In this document: one piece after another, positions 34,401 through 48,338 of the stretch
Layout of the letters: every line of letters begins with the position of its first letter
How positions within the stretch are numbered: the stretch's first letter is position 1
Source: an uncultured virus (IMG/VR IMGVR_UViG_3300021387_000016)
Lineage: Duplodnaviria > Heunggongvirae > Uroviricota > Caudoviricetes
Virus record (IMG/VR): IMGVR_UViG_3300021387_000016
Length of the DNA: 64,000 nt
Strand: one strand, 5' to 3'
Position numbers and translations under genes: made by a program
Notes under the pieces: generated by a model
What the model was told of the DNA's origin: nothing
Seen by the model: only the letters and a program-made list of their open reading frames with translations
The model's database searches: none

Positions 34401-37400
34401 TAAAGGATGTTCCACTTGTAAATATTGCGAGCATATATACAATTACCCTGGTTATGTAACGGCTGAAGAATGCATTTGTAGAGTAGGTTTAGAATGTGAC
34501 ACTGTTTACTTTACAGTAAAAAATTGCTCAAAGTGGGTAGGAAGATTTGAAAGTGAGGGATAAGAATTGTATAAAAGTCCTATTGAAAAGATATATGGCG
34601 AGTTACAAACACAAATGGTGCAAGAAGATGAAAATATGGTAATGAAAGCCATTAGAAAAGTAGGAGTAAATGTTGATAAGGGAGCGTTAATAAAGGCTTT
34701 ACAATATGACCGCGATCAATATGCAAAGGGATATAAGGATGGTAAAAATGATGTTCTCGACTCGTTGAAAGCAGAGATAGACAAAATCTATGAGCGTGAA
34801 GGTAGTAGTTTTGATTGTCTTAATGCTTTGGATGAACTAAAAGAGTTTATTGACAAGTATAAGGCAGAAACGGAGGGAACATAATGCAGTGTAATATTTG
34901 TCCTTTATATTCAAGCTGGAATAACGAAAGTGATAGCGGTGAAGCGTGCGCATTATTCGGCGATGGATGGGACAGTCAATTCCAATATGAGAGGAATAAT
35001 CAGATATGGGGATGCTACATTGAAAAGGCTTATATAAACAAGGTTGAGCAGAAAATCGAGAAACATAGAGCAGAAGAAGTGCAAGCCTTTTTAGAAAGTG
35101 AGGAAGGATGATAGACGAGATTTTTGATGTTATGAAACATTTTAACGGAAGTTACATAAATCAATGTGGTGAGTTGATTCTTTCTGACATAGGAAATGTT
35201 TACTTCACGGCAACTAATTGTGAAACGAAAGAGGACGTTATTTGCAAGTTGCTTGAATGGTGTTCAAGACCGATTGCAAAGGGTGAACCATACGCCACAA
35301 ATAAAAGGAATATTGAGTGGAGAAGTTCTTTGCTTTGTGGCTACAACAATTATCTCAGCACCAATTTCACACAGGATGATATGTATTGGATATATGAGAA
35401 ACTCGGTAATGCGGTAAACCATCAATTGACGCTTGAATTTATCCATAGCAACTTTGATTTATCGCTTGTAAGACCAAAGAAAAGTGAGGGATAAGGAATG
35501 ATATACGATATAGAAGAAATCAAAGCACTTATAGCAGGATATGTGGAAAGACACCCACTTGTAGAAAAAATGGGTGGCGAGTATATCATGCAGGATGATG
35601 AAGCACAAGAAGATGCATTACAGTTGGTTTGTGATATTTTCGATAATATGGAAAGCTGAGTGAAAAAGAATGATAGATAAACCTCTATACAAAAGTGTTC
35701 CAACATTTCGCAATTATGAGGATTATCATAATGCAGAACAGTATACAAAAGGATGGAATGATGCTATGGATTATATTTTTCCGGAATCAAAGAAAGCAAA
35801 GGAAAAAGAAGCTATAAAGAAAAATTTCACTATTATCAAGGCAGAAAGTGAGAAGTAAATGGATAAAGAATTGTTAATATTACATGGGGCGAGATATGCA
35901 GTAGGAGAAATGCTAAATAAAGGTAGTTGTAGCTTCGCTAAACATCTGGAAGATGGAACATGGCAAACTATAGAATGGGCTGATATTTGCAACTATTTAA
36001 CGGAAATGATTGATAAGTACAAAGCAGAAAGTGAGAAAAATGAATAAGAAAGTTATAGTTTTAGCAATATCATTATTACTAACAGGCTGTAGTCAAGAAG
36101 TAAAGAATCCCTATGCAGATATAGAGTTAAATCCTTGTCCTATGTGTGGTGGGCAAGTTGTAATAAATGATTATAGGTATGGTTATTGGATTTCTTGTGA
36201 TAATTGTATGTTACATACAGGAAACTATGAAAGTCTCGATGAGCTTGTTAAAACATGGAACAAGGCAGAAAGTGAAAACCCATGAGCGAAGAAAACGGAA
36301 AAGTTTGTTGTAATTGCAGACACAACATAAGGACAGGCGAAATAACAAACATAAAGTGCCATTGTGACATTGACAACCACTACATTGGGTATATCGCTTG
36401 TATGGAACATTGGTGTCGGCATTGGAGCAGAGTTAAGGCAGAAAGTGAGGAAGAGAAATGAAGAAAATAAAACTCTTTTCTTATAGAAAAATAAAAAGTA
36501 TTGAGGGATCAGATGCAGAGTTATATCTTAACTTTTATATAGTCTTTAGTAGAGAATATATCTTTACTTTCTTGATAGAGAGTTCAGACCTTGCTTGCAG
36601 TAATAGACACCCAATAAGACTTATAAAACATTGGATAATGGAAATTGAAGAACAAGAAACAAAATATTTACGCAGGTACGAAAAATTCATTATGAGATAG
36701 AAAGTGAGAGATAAGATATGGCAGATATTAAGTTAGTAATTAAGATGCCGGAAGAAATGTATGCACAAATTATAGATGAAAATGGTATAGATACAATGCT
36801 AATCCCATATAAGGATATCATTAAGAACGGCACACCACTTCCTAAAGGGCATGGAGATTTGATTGATAGAAGCGAAGTAATCAAGAGTCTTTTTGATTTT
36901 CATAAAGGAAAAAAGACAATTGGACAATGTATTGATGATGTTCAGACAATCATAGAAGCAGATAAGGAGCAGGCAGAGGGGAATGACGATTAATGCTAGT
37001 AGAGAAACCATAAAAGACGTTATTAAAATAATGGTTGATGTGGATTACGACAACAATAAAACCTTTATTGTTGCGTTGAGTAATGTAAATGGAATATATA
37101 ATAAAAGAATTATTCCGATTGAGGAGGTCTATGAAATATATGAAAATTTCGATTGAAGATATAAAGCACTGTTTGAAAGTTATGGTTGATTGTGAAGTAT
37201 GCGAGGAATGTAATCTCTATGGCACAAAAGGGGAACAAAATGAATAAATATCAGAATTTAAGAGTATTAAGCAATAACTCAGCAATAAATAATAGTATGT
37301 CTGAAGATCCTGTTCAGGAGATTGCAAATCTAATTAAGGCAACCGGACAAAATAGAAACCAAAGAAGATATTTAACTAAAAAACTAGGTAAGATTCAAAC

Positions 37401-40400
37401 GATTCAAAGACATGTGCAAGATCATGTTGACAGATCAGCGTATAAACAGTATGCAGCTGAATGTGATGAACATATGAGATTATTCTTTGCATTATTAGGA
37501 ATTTGTCTTGTTAAGAATTATGGGAAAAGCGAAGACGAGCTGGAAGAACTCTTTGACATGTTAAACGCTTATCTTGCTGAATACCAGGGAGTACCAGTAG
37601 ATGATATTTGCAAAATATTTTATGAATTAACTGGAATAGAGTTAGTATCTGAATGAGGTAAGAAGATGATTACCATAGAATACAAGAATGCTCTTGTAGA
37701 TCAAAGACCATGGTATGACTCATTAACTGTTGATTTCTGGATGGGAGAAACAAATGGGAAAAGTAGTTGATATAGAAGAAAATATGCCTCATGAAGTGGC
37801 TGAACTGATTTGCCTGAATTGTCATAGAAGATGGATAGGAGTATGGCCACAAAAAACTTTGCTTAAAGACTTACAATGTAAATGCGGTTGCATAGGACTT
37901 GTTATCAAGACAGGACAAACTTTCGAACAGAATAATAGAATATATTGATAAATATATACTAAGTATCAAGAAAATGTGTTATATTAAAATAGTTATCAAT
38001 ATATTTTGTAAGGGAGATAAAAGATGTCATCAAAAGAGTTTCAAGAGGCATATAAGTACATGACAGAAGAAGAGAAAGATCTTATGGGGGAATTATATAT
38101 GAGTGGAGAAAATCATGATTGTCATGTATGGGTAAGGTATTGTGATGTTGAAAAAATTGTTGGGAAAATCATTTTAGGGAGAAAAGAGCGTGGAAATTTG
38201 TAAAAACATGCAAAAGTTAATGGAATGGCTATACGCTTTAAAAATACAATGGACAGATAAATCTGAAGATTATGATGGGTGGGGGAAAAAATAGATGAAA
38301 GAGCTAAATATAAATGAATTTGGCCAAATAATGGACGGTCTTATTTATAATAATAATATTAAACTATCGATTTCAATTCCTGAAAATTCTAGGGATATAA
38401 ATATCCAGTCTAATTTCTTAGATACCCCAACTACAAATTTATATATTCTTTTAAATGCGCTTGAAAAAACATTCAAGGATCTTTTAAACACAGGTCTGAT
38501 TGATGAGTCAAAAAAGGAAGCATTGTTGGATGGACTGTTGTTGCTTGTTAGGAATGACATTTTAAAAACATTGGAGGCACAGGATGAACACTAATGATTA
38601 CATTGATTATTTAAAAAGTTGTGGAAGAAAATAATGAATAATACAGAAAATAACGAGGAGAAGGAAATAAATGAATAATAAAGATAAAGAAAAAGCAATA
38701 GCAAAACTAATGGAAATATCAGGGGGAAATCCTGGATGTCTGATGTTTATAGCAGCGGCTACAGCAGATGCTAAGAATGAAAGGGATATTTGCAGGCTGA
38801 CCGCTGGATTAACAAGAATGGAAGCTTTACAGGTCGTTGGGGATAAGTTGTATATGTTGTGGAATGATTGCTGCGGAAGGGATGTAAGAAAAACAATTGA
38901 TGTCATGATAGACAATTCCACCGTTAACATAATTGAACATATCAATTATTCAAAGGGAAGAGGAATACCTTATGAGACTTGACAAAGCTATAATAATACA
39001 TCGGATTGGAATATTTGTGTTTATATTTGGTTTAGCGATAACGACTTTGGGTGTTTCACTAGGAAAGACTCATGATATAACAAACGGCTTTTTGCTTGCT
39101 ATGTGGACATGGAACGGATTTTTGCGAGGAAAAAGCTTAGAGAAAAAACGAGAACTTAAAGAAAAACAACAATAAATTATACGAGAATAGGAGAAAACAA
39201 TCATGATATCTAGTGATAATGGAGTAATTAAAATTGAGGGCAACCCGATGTCAGTATTAAAAGATGCATTGGGCCTTATTTGTGCAGTTGATATGGCCCT
39301 TAAGAAATATCCAGAATTAAGCCATTTATATAAAGATAGTCTTAAACGGGTTGCAAGTGATGATATGCAGGATTCTATTGCTTATTTAAAACAATTTGAT
39401 TCAGAAGAAGAACTTAAAAAATATATGACTAACATGAAATCTGGCGAAGGTAAAAGAGGAACATTTGAAGATATGTTTGGAGATTTATTTTCTTGATGAA
39501 AGGAATGAAATCATTGGAATCCTCAAAAGAAAAAGAGTATATCCATTATGGCGCGACCACTCTACAAAAAAAAATAAAACCAATTAAAAATTGCCCATAT
39601 TTCACAAAGCCTGAAGGGGGATTATGGGCAAGCCCTGTAGATGCAGAATTTGGTTGGAAAGAATGGTGCGAAAGGGAACACTTTAGAAAGAACAGTGAAG
39701 ATAATGCATTTCGGTTCAGGGTGAAGAATCCATCCAAGATCATTCACATAAGAGATGTAAAGGATCTTGGAAAACTTCCAATACAGAAATCTAAATTAGG
39801 ATTAATAGATCCAACAATGACGTTTCTCGATTTTGAGAAAATTCAAAAAAATTATGATGGAATTGAGCTGCACCTGTCAGAAGAAAAACTGACTAGTGAG
39901 ACTTTCTGTGAAGGATTGTATTTCAAACTATATGGATGGGATTGTGATTCAATTCTTATTTTCCATGAGAATGCCATAGAGGTTGTTAATTGAGATGAAA
40001 AGCAAAGATATAAAGGATGCAATCATCGTTTGCCCAACGAAAAAGCGAGCAGTTATGGAATGGGACAGATTTACCCGCGCATTTGCTCCAACAATTAAAT
40101 TCAAAAATAAGAAAAAGCTGAGTATCACAATGGAAAATGGACAAAAGATGATTTTTATAAGTAATCATGAAGGGCGAAGAATGGTCGTTGGTTTTCCAAA
40201 TGATTTTGTGACCTTTAGCATAGAAACATTCGAGACCATGTTGAAAGAGGCAATTAAGGAACGAGTGGAGAAAAGGCGCATGAATAAAGAAATGTGAATG
40301 GGCTGAAAATATTAGTAGATGCTAGATCTGTGGGTGTTTGTTTAGACATGGAGAATGAAGATGGAGAATTACGGATTGATTGCTTACTATAAAAGCGTTG

Positions 40401-43400
40401 TTATTCCTAGAGTAGCGCAAGAAGCCAGGAAAGAAGGTTATGAAGAAGGCCTTAACAATGCCTGGGAATGTGCAAAGAAGTTAAGGCACATGGATTATTC
40501 AATGTTATACAAGGTGTTTGATGGCGATAATGTAGTGATACATGGTATCCAGATAAAAGGTCTTGAAGCAGTATTCGAGAAGTATTCAGCATCCGAAGCA
40601 ATGGCCAAGATTAAGGAGTATGAAGAAAAGCAGAAGCAGACTCAAAAGAGATGTTCTAATTGTGGACATTCGTACATCGACAAAGACGGTGATAGATTGT
40701 GTGATATAGGAGGAGGTTGCGGTGGTACATATGCAAAGTGGACACCAAGGGATACAGTGATAGAAGCCGCGAATAAGTATCAGAAGATAGAACAGATAAT
40801 AGCTGACTATGAAGAATATAAATGGGAAAGAATAGATGCTAAAGATATAAGGGAGATTATAGAGGGGAATGACTATTGACACAGTTATTCAATGGCTAAA
40901 AATACAGAGACAGAATCGCAAGGACTTTCCAGAAGTGGGAAACGACAAAAAGATAGAATCATTAGACACTGCGATCTCTTATCTGGATGATTTGCAAGAG
41001 GTTAAAAAGGTAGTAGCCAAGTGGAAAGTCGACGATTTCACAGGCTCTGACGGATTTGCTTGGGATTGCATGAAAGAAATAGCAGACATTGTGGATGAGG
41101 TAGAAAAATGACAATAGAAGAACTATATTTCGGTCATCCCATATATATTGCTACTAAAGAATGGCAAAAAAGAAAGCACCACAAAAAACGTATAAATAAA
41201 AAATGGCTAAAACGATATGGAACTTATGAATTAAACATGATGCCACATGGAGAAATGGTATTGATGGATGGTGCAATTTGGATGACCAAGAGGACTTTTG
41301 AGCAATTTAAAAAACAAATTGTAATGGAGATCGAAAATGACAAACGGAGAAAAGATACAGGCAGTGTTCCCAGATATTGAAATGTGGGGAGAGTCAAAAG
41401 ATACATTGGATTATTCTTTAGGTGGAATGATTCATAGAGTTACAAAGAGTTGGTGGAACGCAGAGTATATTGAGTCACCTATACAAGAACGCCAAGCCGA
41501 GAGTGATAAATTTGATGCTGCGTTTCAAGATGGATATAACAATGGCTACGCACAAGCAAGATTTGACTATGAGCAAGAGCCAACTACTAAGAATGATTTA
41601 GGGGTTGATTGTGTGGCTAGGCAAGATGTTGAAAGATATATCGAGGGCTTTATCAATGAATATACACCAAGGGAAGAATTAGAGTTTATCAATTTAGAGC
41701 TTGATGGGCTAAAACATATACCATCAGTAACACAACAAGAGTTTATTCTTGACAAGATAAGAGCCGAGATAAAAGCATTAAGCCCCGAACCGACAGCCTA
41801 TGATGTAGTAGACGGAAACCCTATAAAAGATGCTGTTTGGGAAACATTGGCTGATGTATTGCAGATTATTGATAAGAACAAGGCAGAAAGTGAGGAGGTA
41901 TGAACTTTAAACTTGGTGAAAAATATATAGTTGATGTGACAGAAAATGGGATTATACCATTGATGGAATTTGACAGGGATAGATGGTTTGACAAAGACTG
42001 TGATAATTTAGATTTCTTGACAGATGAAGAAAAGATAGTTGTTGTCAATGATGTTCTTGACAAGATAAGAGCCGAAATAAAGGAAAAAATCGAACAAGAA
42101 GAGTTTGCGCGTTCTGTGTTTCGCCATGAAGAAAAAGATGCTGTTAAGGCAGAACAATGTACAGGCAGTATTATGGCTTACAATAATCTGATTAAACTCA
42201 TTGATAAGTACAAGGGAGAAAGTGAGGTAAACAATGGGTGAGTATATCTTAGGACTTATAACAGGTATGTTTGTAACTGCCGTGGTTGATATAGCTATAA
42301 ACTATATACTCCATAAGGCAGAAAGTGAGGAGAAAAATGAGTGATGAATTTGGTTTTGGAATATTAGTGGGTGCTTTAATAACTTTCTTAGTTGATACTT
42401 TGTTTTTTGCTAGATACAAAAAAGAGATTTATGAAAGATTACATAGAGAATTAACTAATAAGGAGAAATAAAAATGGGAAATTTAACACCTAAAATAGTA
42501 CAGTTCTTTAGTGGAGAGGATTTTGCAGAGCATGGTGATGATGCAAGGCTGGAACTAACTCCTACTGAATTAAGGCAGATTTCTAATCTCATGACGGAGA
42601 ACGCAAAGCTTAAAACAAAATTGGATTTTATAGAAAAAGAAGCCACTCTTTATTGCCCTAAGTTTAGAAATCAGCAAGAAAAACACAGGGTATTTCATAC
42701 GGTTACTGCGGTTGAGAAGTTCCTTAATGTAATAGGGAATGATGATGCCATAGATGATATTTCTGTTCTCAAAGAGCTGGTGCGAAAAATAGAGGTAGAA
42801 GAATGACAAGAGAAGAGCTAAAAAGGCATTGTGAAAAACAAATTGAAAGTTGTGAAATGTGGGCGAGATGCAAAGGAGAAGAACCGCATGGAAACATCTA
42901 TGAAGAACACAAGCTTATATTAGAATTGTTAGAGCAAGAGCCAAGATGGATTCCTGTTAGTGAGAGGTTGCCTAAAATCGCTGATGTTTATAGAGTGACG
43001 AGATATTATCCAAATAATGTAATGAATCCTAATTATCTTGTTGATGCTTGTTTCTTTGATGGTTCTAACACTTGGTATAACGATAATAGAATCAATCATG
43101 AAAGAGGCTACGCAGATAATATAATAGCGTGGCAAGAAAACCCCGAACCATACAAGGCGGAAATTGAGCCATAGGAAAGTGAGGATAACAATGAATAAAT
43201 TAAGACAATGCCCTTTCTGTAAGAGCAATAATGTAAGAATATTTAATATTTGGAGAAAACCCATTGAAATTGTCTGTGACGAGTGTCATTCAATTTATCC
43301 TAATCTACTTGATAAGTACTTGGAAAGCGAAGAATGTGAGCCACAGGAAAGTGGGAATAAGGAATGATATTCATAGATACATTTGAGGATGGAACAGTTT

Positions 43401-45357
43401 AGAAATATTATGGTAGATAAACCAGACAACCTATTAACAGATCAAGGAGAAAAAATGCTGAGTTTAGAATACGTTAAAGAACACATAGACGAGATTGAGC
43501 AGGATAGTTTTTTAGATAGAAGATTTACCAAAAGATTATTAGATTTTATTCCTCTTGAAGAATTTGAGAAATTCGGATTTGATTACATTGGTACGGATGA
43601 ACACGTAGCTAAAGAATGGACGGAAGAAAATGTTTTAGCTCAATTAAGAGACGATACGGAATTTGCTATTGAAAAAGCGACCAATCACAGAGGAATATCG
43701 GCAAGCCTTATGAATGAGGTATTAAAAGCATGGTGTATTGTGCTTGAGAATGGGCTTGAAAATACGGAATATGGTTGGTACGGCGATGCGCTTATCAGAA
43801 TTATTGACTCCAAGTATGGGTTTGGCCTTGTAAATGATAATACATTTGACGATAAATTTTACTGTGAATGGTAAATGTATAAGCATTAAAAATGCTTTCA
43901 AAAATTGGAGAATCAGGAAATAGGATGAGACCATTAGAAGAGATATTAAAGAATCCAAGATTAAGAAATGTTGATGAGGGATTAGATGGATTTAGCGCAG
44001 AAATACATATAGGCGGTTGGGACGGTACAATCGTGTTTAGTTATAGAGGCGGCTGGGAACACTGTTCAATAAGTCCCTACAAAAAGAGAATAACGCCGGA
44101 TTGGGATACAATGTGTCAGCTAAAGGAAATATTCTGGAATGATGATGAAGCAGTAATACAAGTTCATCCGGCAAAAAGCGAATATGTCAAAAATGTGGTG
44201 AATTGTTTGCATCTTTGGCGGCGCTATTACAAAGATATGTTTTTACCGCCTAGTTGTTTTGTGGGGATAAAAGAAAATCAAACACTAGAAGAATTTAAAA
44301 ATGAATGTAAAGCTGCTTTTGCAATGGCAGGAGAGAAATTTTAACGCGCTGTGAGCAAGAAATCCCCTTCCTTTAAGAAGCGTAGAATGGTGTAGGTTTG
44401 ATTAATTATCATCCAAGGAGAAAAACATGGAAAACTTTGATAAAGAAAAAATGGCAAATGATATAAAAGAAAGCATTTTAAAGCAAAGACGATCTGTAAA
44501 TAAAACGAATATGATATTAAATATTTTATGGGGAGTGTCATTTGGGTTTGTTGCGGCTGCTATGTTTGCAGGTTTACTTCATGATTATATATCTGTATTT
44601 ATGCTTGTTCTTTGGACATTTAATGGTTATTTAAAAGGTAAATCAGCAGAACGAGACAAGCAAATCGACTTAGCTGAACAGAAATTGTTATCAGTCCTGG
44701 AAGATGTGCAAAATGGAAAGGCTGAGATAATAATTACTGATGAAGAGAAATAGTAGCTTATTTTTAGATATTTAGAGGAGAAAAAGTGACAAAAAGATGG
44801 AAAGACTATTAGAATGCGTTATAGAAGGTCTTGAGGCTAAAACAGACTTTAAGAGCAGATGGTGTGAAAAGTTCAACGAAAATTGTAAAGAGTATTTATA
44901 TAATTACGGGGATCAAAAAAAGGATTGCGGATATTCCTGCGAGTATTGTGATAAGTATAGATGGATTATTGATAGAGCAAAACACTATGAGGAAAAATTA
45001 GGAATTTCATGGAAAGAAATATTGTCTTCGTGGGAAGATGATCGTCATTATTGGTTTATGAATTACTATAACGAATCAGATCAACCACTTATTGAAAGTG
45101 ATGATGTGTTTGTGTTCGAAAACCTTCAGGAGCTATATGAAAAATGTGGTAATGAATTTATTTGCCCAGCTTGTAAAGGAATTTCAACGAATCCTTATGA
45201 ATGCAATAGTGGGAAAATGATACATGGAAAATGTTGTGACTGGAAATCATACGGTTTTTTTCAATTTGACTTAGCATATGTTTATGTTAAATCGGAGAAA
45301 AAAGGAAATAAAATCTTTAAACCAGTCAAATTATATAAAGAGACTTGCAAATCATGA
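28435..45357 (+). CDS. Dense array of about 50 small co-oriented hypothetical genes
   Basis: Tightly coupled ORFs, many Cys-rich; recurrent junction motifs. Confidence 0.75.
36040..36285 (+). CDS. Lar-like Zn-finger protein with lipoprotein-like leader
   Basis: LLLTGC followed by LNPCPMCGG...CDNC...WN. Confidence 0.55.
   Translation: MNKKVIVLAISLLLTGCSQEVKNPYADIELNPCPMCGGQVVINDYRYGYWISCDNCMLHTGNYESLDELVKTWNKAESENP
42803..43174 (+). CDS. DUF551-like protein
   Basis: WIPVSERLP...IAWQ..PEPY. Confidence 0.7.
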   Translation: MTREELKRHCEKQIESCEMWARCKGEEPHGNIYEEHKLILELLEQEPRWIPVSERLPKIADVYRVTRYYPNNVMNPNYLVDACFFDGSNTWYNDNRINHERGYADNIIAWQENPEPYKAEIEP

Positions 45358-45375
45358 TGCTTGCAAGGCTCTTTT
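45338..45375. terminator. Bidirectional terminator between convergent blocks
   Basis: AAGAGACTTGCAA...TTGCAAGGCTCTTTT. Confidence 0.6.
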
Positions 45376-46871
45376 GTCAGATGCAAATTTTTGTTCATAA
45401 TCTTATCTGTGATTCTTTTCATGAAATTTTCTCCGTAAAATTAGTATACTCATCCCAACGGTATTGTCTTATTGGCATGGGTCTGTGATTGTCAAAGTAT
45501 AGAACCAGGGCAGGAGAAATATTGTTCCATTTTTCAACAATCTCGGACTTAATGAGGTGTCCCTCGGAGATAAGTTGTTTGGCTTTTGCGTGATAATTAT
45601 AATACATACCTAATACCCTTATCGTTTTCTTCTTCAAAATACTTAATGAATATATCTTTTTCAAAGCTGTTTCCGCATCTGTTTTCATCAAGAATAATCA
45701 CACAATCATTATGCTTTATTGCTCTATATACATTATCCTTGATAAAATTTGAGTATCTGCCACCTATCATAAGAATTTTCACATCCTCTTTTGCTTTCAC
45801 TCTAAATTCACTCATTTTCGTTCTCCTATTATACACTCTTTAGTAATTCTTCAACTTTAAACAATCTCTTAAAACAGTTATTACAATAAGCGTATTTACC
45901 AATTGTCTTATATGAAGTATTTTCGTACATTGCACCATTTTCAACGTCTTGATTATCCATATCAAATCGCATATTAAAATTACAAGTTCCTTTAAAAGAT
46001 TGTTTAACAAAAAATTCTTCATTTCCGCAATATGGACAAACCATGTCAGGTGAATAATGTATTTCTTTTGCCATTATCTATTTCTCCTTATCTGTCAAAG
46101 TGATTTTACAAAATCTCGTAAACACACTGAAATTTACATTCCCATATCCTTTACATCTAAGATTCTAATGGGTTATTTGGAAGAATCCGGTAAAGAGTTG
46201 AATTGTCTTTTTTGCAATAAGCGTACCCATCATCTAAGAAATAAACATCATCCATCGCTACATCGTCAGGAATCTTGCAGCCATGAAAATGATTTAAGAA
46301 AGAAGTATCTTTTGGAAGATCCTTGATGTTTATATTTTCAATTGCCCAGTGCTTTGTCTTTGCATTTTCAATTAAAAAATTCAATAGTTGTTTATCCATT
46401 TTTGTATCCTCAAATCATAATGTAGTGATCTTATTTAGTTCTTGATTTTGAATTTCAATATAGTGCTGGAAAGTTGGAAATTCACACACATCAATATCAA
46501 AAGCTTCTAAGCAATATGCTATTCCTCTAAGTACACCGATTTCGTTAAGTAAAGAGGTAGTACGATTCTCGTTTTTATACAATTCACAATTACTAAGAGT
46601 TCTATTAAAAAGATCCATCAATTTTGAATCGAATGGTGCATCATTAGTAAACTTGTTGGAAACGGATGGATTATTTTCTTCTGACAGCTCCGAAGAAACA
46701 ACCTGTCTGTATCTCTTTAAATAATCCATAGTGTGATCTACCGTCAATGTTCCTATCTTATCGGGAAGACCTGGACAAGTGTTGATAGCCTCAATACATC
46801 CGGTTATACCTTTTATAGCATCTTTTCTAGCTTCATTAGTTAAGTACTGTTTATTCATAATTTAGATCCTT

Positions 46872-48080
46872 TCAAATTGTTGGTGGATAATTATTGGTCT
46901 GGAATAATACTGGCTTTACAGAAAATATAGCCTTAATCAATCCCATACGCTTTTTCTTTGTAGGCTGCTTGATGTGATTATCTTCGCTACAAGTTGACGT
47001 TGCTCCTTCAAGTGGTTGCTTTTCTATGTAAATACTGTCTGCGAATCCTTTTTTAATATCCTCGGAAACGTATGCAGACTGGATTCTTATTGGCTCAAAA
47101 GAACCATTTGCAATAAATAGCATATCTCCTTTTCCAAGTAGCTTTTCTGCACCTGACCTGTCAAGAATGATACGAGATTCAACCTGGTTAGTAGTCTTCA
47201 AAGCAATTTTAGTAGGAACATTGGCTTTGATTAGTCCAGTTACTACGTCACGTCTAGGAGACTGAGTACCAATGATTAGATGGATTCCGCAAGCTCTAGC
47301 CTTTTGAGCAATTCGAACTATGTTAGGCTCAACAGATTTATTAGACATCATCAAATCAGCTAACTCATCAATAATAATGACAATGGGGTGCATATCAACA
47401 TCACCAGTATAAGAAAAGATATCTTTAGCGTTATTTCTTTCAAGTTCTGCATAACGTTCTTCCATGATCTCGACAGCTTTTTCTAGGCACTGTGCAGCAT
47501 ATGACATTTCTGTGATTACTCTAATACGTTTGCAGTTCTTATACGCTGAAAATTCTGCTCTCTTTGGGTCAATTATAAGCAACTCAACATTTGTTGAAGA
47601 CATACCGGAAATAAGGCTACATACAAAAGAGTGAAGTAATTCAGACTTACCACTTCCAGTTGTACCACCTACAAGTATATGAGGGGCTTTCCTTAAATCT
47701 GTAGTAAGTTTCTTTCCATCAGTATCAACTCCAAGAACGAGGGTAAGCTTTTTAGACTTAAACAAGTCAGGATTGAAGGAATTGAAAGGAACGGCTATTA
47801 GTTTTGTTGGACGCTCAATAAAAAGATAGTTCTTTTCATGGCCATAAGTGTATTCTGTTGAAGATATAGCAGAAGATAATGTATATCTAATATTAGGTTC
47901 TGCGCGTCTTATTTTGCCCTGAATTTCAACATCTAAAGGCAATGTAATAATATACTTGATAGACTGCGCACATCTTACTACTTCATCAATATGAAGGCTG
48001 TAAGGGGCAAATATGGTATCAATTGCGTTAACCTCATCAACTTGGTTAGGGTTTTGGTTAAGGTAATCTTGTATTCTCAT
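46872..48080 (-). CDS. FtsK/SpoIIIE-family ATPase (motor domain only)
   Basis: PHILVGGTTGSGKS, IDPK, IIIDELADLM, ARACGIHLIIGTQ, GAEKLLGKGDML. Confidence 0.92.
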   Translation of the reverse strand: MRIQDYLNQNPNQVDEVNAIDTIFAPYSLHIDEVVRCAQSIKYIITLPLDVEIQGKIRRAEPNIRYTLSSAISSTEYTYGHEKNYLFIERPTKLIAVPFNSFNPDLFKSKKLTLVLGVDTDGKKLTTDLRKAPHILVGGTTGSGKSELLHSFVCSLISGMSSTNVELLIIDPKRAEFSAYKNCKRIRVITEMSYAAQCLEKAVEIMEERYAELERNNAKDIFSYTGDVDMHPIVIIIDELADLMMSNKSVEPNIVRIAQKARACGIHLIIGTQSPRRDVVTGLIKANVPTKIALKTTNQVESRIILDRSGAEKLLGKGDMLFIANGSFEPIRIQSAYVSEDIKKGFADSIYIEKQPLEGATSTCSEDNHIKQPTKKKRMGLIKAIFSVKPVLFQTNNYPPTI

Positions 48081-48092
48081 TTCGTATTCCTC

Positions 48093-48338
48093 TTATTTTT
48101 TGCAGAGATTTTTATTGTGTTTATATTCTTCTGGATAAAAAATCTCAATGATTGTATCAATAGGTACTCTTAAAATGTCGGCAATCTTAAAAGCAAAGGC
48201 AATCTCAATCTTCTGAGTAACACCATTTACACGCCTGTTCATATTGCCATAGTCAAGGTTATTATCTTTGCAGAATGCAAAAAGGGAAGAGTAGCCTTGT
48301 TTGTGAAGCAGCTTGTCGAAACGTTCTTTATTACTCAT
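48093..48338 (-). CDS. XRE HTH protein
   Basis: SLFAFC...YGNMNRRVNG...KIADIL. Confidence 0.7.
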   Translation of the reverse strand: MSNKERFDKLLHKQGYSSLFAFCKDNNLDYGNMNRRVNGVTQKIEIAFAFKIADILRVPIDTIIEIFYPEEYKHNKNLCKK

